Of a stretch of 26,750 nt of DNA, positions 8,036-15,613 are shown piece after piece. Every line of letters begins with the position of its first letter. Position 1 is the first letter of the stretch. The translations under genes and the position numbers were made by a program. The notes under the pieces are model-generated. The model saw only the letters and a program-made list of their open reading frames with translations, had not been told where the DNA came from and ran no database searches. This DNA comes from a virus (Duplodnaviria; Caudoviricetes). Location of the stretch: the IMG/VR virus record IMGVR_UViG_3300013829_000017, positions 1-26,750 of that record. One strand, given 5' to 3'.

Positions 8036-8457
8036 TTACCTTTCCTCATCAGCTCAGATAGCTCAATCGCTCTGCGACCGACCTGCTTTGCCCAACGGGA
8101 CACAAGCATGTTATTGGCAGCCCGTTCCCAGTCCCCGACTTTGATAAACTCCAGAGTATTCTTGAAGCCAAGCAAACCGGAAATACCGAGATTGAAGCAC
8201 ATGTTCAGCAGCACCGACTTCCGCACTTCATCAAGACCATTGTAGATATCCGGTATCTTTGCCTGAAGCTGCTTCTCGCAGTTCATGATGTCATTGATCA
8301 GCATGACGTAGGCTTCGGATTGGGATATCCCGCAATCATCGAGATTGCGGCCAATGCCGATAGTCAGTTTACCTGCCGTACAGCGATATGGCCTCAGCCG
8401 CAGACCTTCATGTCTGACAAGCTGCTCTTTGATTCTATCCATCAGTTTTGCTTCCAT
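8032..8457 (-). CDS. Phage lysozyme (GH24, T4-lysozyme-like endolysin)
   Basis: HEGLRLRPYRCTAGKLTIGIGRNL, NMCFNLG and SRWAKQVGRRA motifs; AAGGAG RBS. Confidence 0.92.
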   Translation of the reverse strand: MEAKLMDRIKEQLVRHEGLRLRPYRCTAGKLTIGIGRNLDDCGISQSEAYVMLINDIMNCEKQLQAKIPDIYNGLDEVRKSVLLNMCFNLGISGLLGFKNTLEFIKVGDWERAANNMLVSRWAKQVGRRAIELSELMRKGK

Positions 8458-8521
8458 TTATGCTCCTTGAACTTACTGGATCATCGATCCGGTGCAAGAA
8501 AAGCACTCCCCTGTATTCTCA

Positions 8522-8544
8522 CAAATAAGGATGCATAAGGATGC
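8522..8544 (-). promoter_or_regulatory. 23-bp motif upstream of the lysozyme/structural operon (putative late-activator site)
   Basis: GCATCCTTATGCATCCTTATTTG on the minus strand, 19/23 identical to 20925-20947. Confidence 0.55.
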
Positions 8545-8618
8545 GACAGATTTTAGGGTTGACAGAATACATCTTTACAATTCCTTGTGGAAAACACAAA
8601 TCTGGCTGTGAGGCATCA

Positions 8619-9722
8619 ATGAAACAGATTGTTGAAGATATTCGTATTTTACTGAAAGACGGAACATTTAAGGACGAACAGCATGTTCGCTTTTCTCTGG
8701 TAGGCAGGCTATGCCAAGCCCTTGGATGGAACATCTGGAATCCTGAAGAGTTTTACACAGAGTATAGGGTAAAGCGTTTACCCCAACAGAATATCACCAA
8801 GGACGTAACAGGTCGCGTGGATGTAGCACTGTTCATTCCGGAGAAGACCTCAGAGGGAGCAGAAGTCTTTATCGAAGTAAAGACCCCAGGAAAGCTGGAT
8901 TCTGACCTCATAGCCGGAGAGACTCAGCTTCACCTTTACAATGCCTATCACAAATCTGCTATCAGCATCCTTACCGATGGGATCAAGTGGCGATTCTACC
9001 TTCCCTCTGCCGGAGGTGAATTTGAAGACAAACTCTTCAATGAACTCAATATCCTGGAAGATGAACCCGATGATGTAGCGCTAACCTTTGAGATGATCCT
9101 GAAGAAGGAAAACTACCGCAAAAAAGCACTCAATACAGCAGAAGACATGCGTAATGAACTGGTTCGCATTAAGCTGATCGGCAGCGTGAAAGCTGAAGCG
9201 ATCAATATGCACGAGAAGACAGACCTCTCCCCTTATCTATTTGCACAGCAGCTTATAAAGAAGAACCATAAGCTGGATATAGAAATAGCTGATATAGAAC
9301 GCCTTTGGGATAGAAAACAGTCCGGAATAAAACACTCTAATCTAGGCAATGGTACTAAAGACGATGATCCTGCGATTCATACTGAGCCACTCAAAGACTA
9401 CCGATTTACAAAAGTGCATCACATTGTCTTATGTGGAAACATGAGGATTGAAACTCACCATTGGCATGAAGTAAAACGAGCGGTCTATAACTTCATCCTC
9501 AAACACAAGCCCGGTTTCCAAATCTCCGGATCATTCAGATATTCCAAAGACAAAACAGAGTTTAGAACTCCATTAACTCTTGATGATGGCTACTTTACCG
9601 AAAGTAATTTGGGTAGCTCCGATATGATAAGACACGCAAGAAAAGCAATGCAAGCTGCAGGCTATAATCCTGAGAAGGATTTGGTAGTTGCATTTGAATA
9701 TACAGATAAAAGGAAGGCATAA
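8619..9722 (+). CDS. PD-(D/E)xK nuclease (HsdR-N-like) with C-terminal SeqA-like domain (367 aa)
   Basis: EQHVR...LGWN...EY...RVDVAL...FIEVK...QL..Y...ILTDG..WRFY at the N-terminus; C-terminal FRTPLTLDDGYFTESNLGSSDM. ATG 8619 follows GAGG; stop overlaps the hsdM start (TAATG). Confidence 0.75.
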   Translation: MKQIVEDIRILLKDGTFKDEQHVRFSLVGRLCQALGWNIWNPEEFYTEYRVKRLPQQNITKDVTGRVDVALFIPEKTSEGAEVFIEVKTPGKLDSDLIAGETQLHLYNAYHKSAISILTDGIKWRFYLPSAGGEFEDKLFNELNILEDEPDDVALTFEMILKKENYRKKALNTAEDMRNELVRIKLIGSVKAEAINMHEKTDLSPYLFAQQLIKKNHKLDIEIADIERLWDRKQSGIKHSNLGNGTKDDDPAIHTEPLKDYRFTKVHHIVLCGNMRIETHHWHEVKRAVYNFILKHKPGFQISGSFRYSKDKTEFRTPLTLDDGYFTESNLGSSDMIRHARKAMQAAGYNPEKDLVVAFEYTDKRKA

Positions 9723-11281
9723 TGAGCAAAGAACAAGAAAGAGACGAGCTGCACAGAACTATTTGGCAGATTGCCAATGACCTGCGGGGCAGCGTGGACG
9801 GCTGGGATTTTAAGTCCTACGTGTTGGGAATCCTATTTTACAGATTCATCTCCGAAAACCTGACATCATACATCAATGGTGAAGAGCGACGCGCCGGAAA
9901 CGCCACCTTTGATTTCGCCGGGCTCCCGGACGCGGAAGCGGAATATGGCAGAGCAGACACCGTGAAAGAAAAGGGTTTTTACATCCTGCCCTCGGAGCTC
10001 TTTGCCAATGTCTGCAAAAAAGCCCGAACCGATGCCGATCTCAATGAAACCCTGAGCCGTGTGTTTAATAACATCGAAAACTCCGCCAAAGGCTTTGACA
10101 GTGAAAACGACCTCAAAGGGCTCTTTGACGACGTGGATGTAAACAGCAACAAGCTGGGCCCCACGGTGGCCAAACGCAATGAAAAGCTGGTAAAGATACT
10201 GGAAGCGATCAATAAACTGAGCCTGGGAAACTATCAGGACAATACCATCGATGCCTTTGGTGATGCCTATGAATTCCTCATGACCATGTATGCCAGCAGC
10301 GCAGGCAAATCCGGAGGGGAATTCTTTACCCCCCAGGAAGTCTCGGAATTGCTGGCAGAAATGGCTGTGGTGGGCAAGAAAGAAGTAAACAAGGTCTATG
10401 ACCCCGCCTGCGGCTCCGGCTCTCTCCTGCTGAAGTTTGCCAAAGTGCTGGGCAAAGATAATGTGAGACAAGGCTTCTTTGGTCAGGAAATCAACATCAC
10501 TACTTACAATCTCTGCCGCATCAATATGTTTCTCCACGATATCAACTACGAGAAGTTCGACATCGCCCACGGTGACACCCTCATTGATCCCAAGCATTGG
10601 GATGATGAACCCTTTGATGCCATCGTCTCCAATCCTCCCTATTCCACCAAGTGGGAAGGCGATGCCAACCCGCTCTTGATCAATGATCCCCGCTTTTCTC
10701 CCGCCGGAGTGCTGGCACCCAAGAGCAAGGCAGACCTGGCTTTTACCATGCACATGCTCTCCTGGCTATCCACCTCCGGAACTGCCTGTATAGTTGAGTT
10801 CCCCGGAGTACTCTATCGCGGAGGGGCAGAGCAGAAGATCCGCAAATATTTGATCGACAACAACTATATCGATACCGTGATCCAGCTTCCGCCTGATCTC
10901 TTTTTTGGTACCACCATCGCCACCTGCATCATCGTGCTGAAAAAGAGCAAAAGGGACAATTCCACGCTCTTCATCGATGCCTCAGCCGAGTTTGTGCGCG
11001 GAGGAAACAAAAACAAGCTCTCTGAAGAGAACCGTAAGCGCATCCTGAAAGCCTTTATTGAACGTAGAGATGAGGAATATTTTAGCCGCTTGGTGCCCAA
11101 TAGCGAGATCGCCGAGAATGACTATAACATAGCTGTAAGCTCTTATGTGATAAGGGAAGACACCAGTGAGGAAATAGATATTGAACAGCTTAATGCCCAC
11201 ATTGCCGAGATCGTGATCAAGCAAAACCACCTGCGGACTGCTATCGATGAGATCGTTGCTGATCTGGAAGGCATTGAGTGA
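9722..11281 (+). CDS. hsdM: Type I restriction-modification methyltransferase subunit
   Basis: IWQIANDLRG, GEFFTPQEVS, VYDPACGSGSLL and NPPY motifs; 519 aa, EcoR124I-like. Confidence 0.97.
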   Translation: MSKEQERDELHRTIWQIANDLRGSVDGWDFKSYVLGILFYRFISENLTSYINGEERRAGNATFDFAGLPDAEAEYGRADTVKEKGFYILPSELFANVCKKARTDADLNETLSRVFNNIENSAKGFDSENDLKGLFDDVDVNSNKLGPTVAKRNEKLVKILEAINKLSLGNYQDNTIDAFGDAYEFLMTMYASSAGKSGGEFFTPQEVSELLAEMAVVGKKEVNKVYDPACGSGSLLLKFAKVLGKDNVRQGFFGQEINITTYNLCRINMFLHDINYEKFDIAHGDTLIDPKHWDDEPFDAIVSNPPYSTKWEGDANPLLINDPRFSPAGVLAPKSKADLAFTMHMLSWLSTSGTACIVEFPGVLYRGGAEQKIRKYLIDNNYIDTVIQLPPDLFFGTTIATCIIVLKKSKRDNSTLFIDASAEFVRGGNKNKLSEENRKRILKAFIERRDEEYFSRLVPNSEIAENDYNIAVSSYVIREDTSEEIDIEQLNAHIAEIVIKQNHLRTAIDEIVADLEGIE

Positions 11282-11293
11282 AGTGGGGGCTGA

Positions 11294-12466
11294 ATGTCTA
11301 AGATTGATGAATTGATACAAGAGCTGTGCCCGGATGGGGTGGAGTATAAAGAGTTGGGTTCAGTGCTTAATTACGAGCAGCCAACCAAATACATCGTGAA
11401 GAGCTCAAAGTACAATGATGAGTTCTCTATTCCTGTCTTAACTGCAGGGCAAACCTTTATTCTCGGGTATACTGACGAGAATTTCGGCATATACAACGCA
11501 TCTTCAGGTAAACCAGTAATAATATTTGATGACTTCACAACCTCATTCCATTGGGTTGATTTTAATTTTAAAGTCAAATCATCAGCTATGAAAATGCTGA
11601 CAAAGTGCAATGATGAGATAGACTTTCGCTTTGCATATTATGCCATGAGATGCATATTGTATAGTCCGCAAGATCATGCAAGACAGTGGATTTCTGTATA
11701 TTCAAAATTTCAAATCCCCCTCCCTCCCCTTCCAATCCAAGAAGAGATTGTAAGGATATTGGACAAGTTCACAAAGCTGGAGGCGGAGCTGGAGGCGGAG
11801 CTGGAGGCGGAGCTGGAGGCGCGTAAAAAGCAGTATGACTACTATCGTAATCAACTGCTTACAACCATCGAAAAAGACGGCAAATGGTATATGAGTGGGA
11901 ATGAAGTGGGGTGGAAGACGCTTGGGGAAGTTTGTGTTTCGCTTAGGAAGGGAACACTTAAGCGGGGGCAGCTTGTTGAAGACGGGGCTTACCCGGTCAT
12001 TAACTCAGGAAGAGAGTGGTATGGCTTCTATGAGTCCTATAACAATGAGGCTGATGCGCTTATTATCGCTGCAAGAGGCGAATACGCAGGTTTCGTTAGC
12101 TACATCTCCACAAAATTCTGGGCTGGTGGTTTGTGTTACCCCTACAGATCAATTAAAGATGATGTAATACAAACTAAGTTCATTTACTACTATCTTAAGA
12201 ACAATGAGCAATCCATCATGGATGTTTTGGTTTCACGAGGTAGTATCCCCGCAATCAATAAATCTGATGTTGATAGAATACAAATCCCCATCCCTCCCCT
12301 CTCAGAGCAAGAGCGCATCGTTTCCATCCTCGACCGCTTTGATGCCTTGGTCAATGACATCTCCATCGGTCTGCCTGCCGAGATCGAAGCCCGACGCAAG
12401 CAATACGAATACTATCGCGGGAAGCTCTTAAGCTTCAAGAATATAGCAGACCGGGCGGAGGCTTAG
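11294..12466 (+). CDS. hsdS: Type I (IC family) specificity subunit
   Basis: LCPDGVEYKELG start, two TRDs each followed by IPxPPLxxQxxIVxILDxF, central EAEL repeats, RKKQY/RRKQY. Confidence 0.96.
   Translation: MSKIDELIQELCPDGVEYKELGSVLNYEQPTKYIVKSSKYNDEFSIPVLTAGQTFILGYTDENFGIYNASSGKPVIIFDDFTTSFHWVDFNFKVKSSAMKMLTKCNDEIDFRFAYYAMRCILYSPQDHARQWISVYSKFQIPLPPLPIQEEIVRILDKFTKLEAELEAELEAELEARKKQYDYYRNQLLTTIEKDGKWYMSGNEVGWKTLGEVCVSLRKGTLKRGQLVEDGAYPVINSGREWYGFYESYNNEADALIIAARGEYAGFVSYISTKFWAGGLCYPYRSIKDDVIQTKFIYYYLKNNEQSIMDVLVSRGSIPAINKSDVDRIQIPIPPLSEQERIVSILDRFDALVNDISIGLPAEIEARRKQYEYYRGKLLSFKNIADRAEA
11775..11821 (+). repeat. Perfect 12-bp tandem repeat AGCTGGAGGCGG (about 3.9 copies) in the hsdS spacer helix
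   Basis: Three full units plus 11/12 of a fourth, encoding LEAELEAELEAELEA. Confidence 0.95.
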
Positions 12467-15400
12467 ATGAAATACGATCTTGTAGCGCAAAGCTCTGAAA
12501 GCACTGTCGTGGCGGAGTACAATCCTCCCCAGCGGGAGGGAGCGGGCTATCAATCCGAAAGTGAGCTGGAGCGGGAGCTGATCCGGCTGCTACAGGCTCA
12601 GGCTTATGAATACATCTCCATCACCAGCGAAGCGGAGTTGATAGCCAATCTACGCGCTCAGTTAGAAGCTTTGAACAGCTTCCAATTCAGCGATAATGAG
12701 TGGCAGGGCTTTTTTACTTCCAAGCTGGCAAATCCCAATAATGGCATTGAGGAAAAGACGGCAATCATCCAAGAAGATCATATCCAACTGCTTAGCCGCG
12801 ATGATGGGAGCGTGAAAAACATCTATCTGCTGGATAAAGCCAATATCCACAACAACCGCTTGCAGGTGCTCAATCAATACAGCGTGGAGGACGGCCGGCG
12901 AGCTAACCGTTATGATGTCACGATCCTGATCAACGGCTTGCCTATGGTGCACATCGAGCTCAAGCGCCGGGGCGTGGAGATCAAAGAAGCTTTTAACCAG
13001 ATAAATCGTTACAATCGTGAATCGTTTTGGGCGGGAAGCGGTCTCTTTGAATACATCCAGATCTTTGTGATCTCCAATGGCACTCATAGCAAGTATTACA
13101 GCAATACCACCAGATTTTGTCATATCAAAGAGCAAAGTGAGAGTTCGCACAAAAAGGGCAAGCGCAGCAGCAACAGCTTTGAGTTTACTTCGTGGTGGGC
13201 AGATGCCAGAAACCGCCCGATTCCGGATTTGATGGATTTTGGCAAGACCTTCTTTGCCAAGCATACGCTTTTGAACCTGATCACCAAATACTGCGTCTTT
13301 ACTTCGGATAAGCAACTGCTTGCCATGCGTCCTTATCAGATAGCAGCCACAGAACGCATCCTGCAAAGGCTTCAGCAAGCCAACAACTACAAACACTATG
13401 GCAAGATCCAGGGCGGGGGCTATGTGTGGCACACCACCGGAAGCGGGAAGACGCTCACCTCATTCAAGACCGCGCAGATTGCCAGCAAGCTGCCCTATAT
13501 CGACAAAGTGCTCTTTGTGGTGGATCGTAAAGACCTGGACTATCAGACCATGAGGGAATACGACAAGTTCGAGAAAGGCGCTGCAAACAGCAACACCAGC
13601 ACGGCAAAGCTGAAAAAGCAATTGGAAGATCCCAATGCGAAAATCATCATCACCACGATCCAAAAGCTGGCGATCCTGATCAAGAAGTATAAGCAGCACC
13701 CGGTGTATCATCAGCGTGTAGTGATCATCTTTGATGAATGTCACCGCTCACAATTTGGGGATATGCACACAGCCATCACCAAGAGCTTCAAGCGTTATCA
13801 TCTCTTTGGCTTCACCGGAACCCCGATCTTTGCCGCAAATGCCAACAGCAGCGGGACAAACATCCTGCGCACCACAGAGCAGGCTTTTGGCGATAAGCTG
13901 CACACTTACACCATCGTGGACGCGATCACGGATCGCAATGTATTGCCCTTTAGGATAGACTATATCAGCACCTTCAGAGAGCAGGAGGACATCCCCGATC
14001 AAAAAGTGTGGGATATAGACAGAGAGAAAGCTTTGGCAGCTCCTGAGCGGATTGCCAACATCGTGGGCTACATCCTGGAGCACTTTGATCAAAAGACAAA
14101 GCGTAACAGCCATTATCAATTGAAAGATAGAAGATTGGCAGGCTTCAATTCTATCTTTGCGGTGGCTTCGATCGATATGGCAAAAAGGTATTATGCGGAG
14201 TTTCAAAAGCAGATGGCTGCTTTGCCAAGCGATAAAAGGCTGAAGGTAGGGCTTATCTACAGCTTTACGGTAAACGAAGATGATCCGGAGCCGGACGGCA
14301 TCCTGGATGACGAAAACCTTGAGGATACCAGCAGGCTGGATCAAAGCTCACGGGACTTTCTGGATAATGCCATCGGGGATTATAACAAGCTGTTCAAGAC
14401 GAACTTTGATACATCAAGCGACAAGTTTCAGAACTACTATAAAGATCTGTCTCAGAGAGTGAAAGACCGGGAGCTGGACCTTTTGATCGTAGTCAACATG
14501 TTCCTCACCGGCTTTGACGCCACTACCCTCAATACACTTTGGGTGGATAAAAACCTGCGCTTGCATGGGCTTTTACAGGCATTTTCCCGCACAAACAGAA
14601 TCCTCAACACCATCAAGACCTTTGGCAACATCGTCTGCTTCCGCAATCTGGAAAGAGCTACCAATGAAAGCATCGCGCTGTTTGGCGACCGGGAAGCGGG
14701 CGGCATAGTACTGCTCAAGTCCTTTGAGGATTATTACGATGGCTATCTTGCCGAGGGGAAGAAGATCCCCGGCTATGTGGAATTGATCTCCGATCTAAAG
14801 GAAGCTTTCCCCATCGAGCAGCAGATCATCGGAGAAGGCAAGCAAAAAGAGTTTATAAGGCTATATGGTTCCATCCTCAAGCTTCGCAATATCCTGAGCA
14901 CTTTTGACGAATTCATCGGCAAGGAAATCCTTTCCGACCGGGAAGTGCAGGATTATCATAGCAAATACATAGATCTCTACAACGAGTTCCGCAAGAAAGA
15001 CAAAGGCGATGCCGAAAACGTGAATGATGATCTGGTCTTTGAAATGGAACTGATCAAGCAGGTGGAGATCAATATCGATTACATCCTGGAGCTGATCAAG
15101 AAGTATCATGACGGCAACCAAAAGGATCAGGAGATCATCATCAATATCAATAAGGCGATAGATTCCAGCATCGAACTGCGCAACAAAAAAGACCTGATCC
15201 AGCAATTCATCGCCGGCTTGAATCCTGCTACAGACGTGGATACAGATTGGCATGATTTCATCGATAGGAAGAAGCGGGAGGAGCTGGATAAGATCATCAG
15301 CGAAGAAGGCTTGGATAAAGACGAAACCTACAAGTATATTAACAATGCTTTCCGAGATGGCTATGTGCAAACCACAGGGACTGCTCTCTCAGCGGTTTTA

Positions 15401-15520
15401 CCTGCGGTAACAAGATTTTCCAAGACCGGGGAAAGAACTCTCAAGCGTGAGACGGTAATCGAGAAGTTTATGGCTTTCTTCAATAGGTTTTGGGATATAT
15501 CAGATAATAATTCTGGGTAA
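12467..15520 (+). CDS. hsdR: Type I restriction endonuclease subunit (EcoR124I-like)
   Basis: RYDVTILINGLPMVHIELK nuclease motif; HTTGSGKT, DECHR, FTGTP and QAFSRTNR helicase motifs; 1017 aa, uninterrupted. Confidence 0.97.
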   Translation: MKYDLVAQSSESTVVAEYNPPQREGAGYQSESELERELIRLLQAQAYEYISITSEAELIANLRAQLEALNSFQFSDNEWQGFFTSKLANPNNGIEEKTAIIQEDHIQLLSRDDGSVKNIYLLDKANIHNNRLQVLNQYSVEDGRRANRYDVTILINGLPMVHIELKRRGVEIKEAFNQINRYNRESFWAGSGLFEYIQIFVISNGTHSKYYSNTTRFCHIKEQSESSHKKGKRSSNSFEFTSWWADARNRPIPDLMDFGKTFFAKHTLLNLITKYCVFTSDKQLLAMRPYQIAATERILQRLQQANNYKHYGKIQGGGYVWHTTGSGKTLTSFKTAQIASKLPYIDKVLFVVDRKDLDYQTMREYDKFEKGAANSNTSTAKLKKQLEDPNAKIIITTIQKLAILIKKYKQHPVYHQRVVIIFDECHRSQFGDMHTAITKSFKRYHLFGFTGTPIFAANANSSGTNILRTTEQAFGDKLHTYTIVDAITDRNVLPFRIDYISTFREQEDIPDQKVWDIDREKALAAPERIANIVGYILEHFDQKTKRNSHYQLKDRRLAGFNSIFAVASIDMAKRYYAEFQKQMAALPSDKRLKVGLIYSFTVNEDDPEPDGILDDENLEDTSRLDQSSRDFLDNAIGDYNKLFKTNFDTSSDKFQNYYKDLSQRVKDRELDLLIVVNMFLTGFDATTLNTLWVDKNLRLHGLLQAFSRTNRILNTIKTFGNIVCFRNLERATNESIALFGDREAGGIVLLKSFEDYYDGYLAEGKKIPGYVELISDLKEAFPIEQQIIGEGKQKEFIRLYGSILKLRNILSTFDEFIGKEILSDREVQDYHSKYIDLYNEFRKKDKGDAENVNDDLVFEMELIKQVEINIDYILELIKKYHDGNQKDQEIIININKAIDSSIELRNKKDLIQQFIAGLNPATDVDTDWHDFIDRKKREELDKIISEEGLDKDETYKYINNAFRDGYVQTTGTALSAVLPAVTRFSKTGERTLKRETVIEKFMAFFNRFWDISDNNSG

Positions 15521-15613
15521 GTACTTGAATTGTTCTGGATAAGACTTATCAGAAGGTCAATCAGCTTATGCATTAGCAACAAAGAAATCTCCCGAGGAAT
15601 GTAAGAGGAAAAC

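Noticed and set aside
11294-12466. Invertible hsdS shufflon or a PrrC gene between hsdS and hsdR
   Set aside because: Only one hsdS, no recombinase or inverted partial copies, and hsdS abuts hsdR directly.
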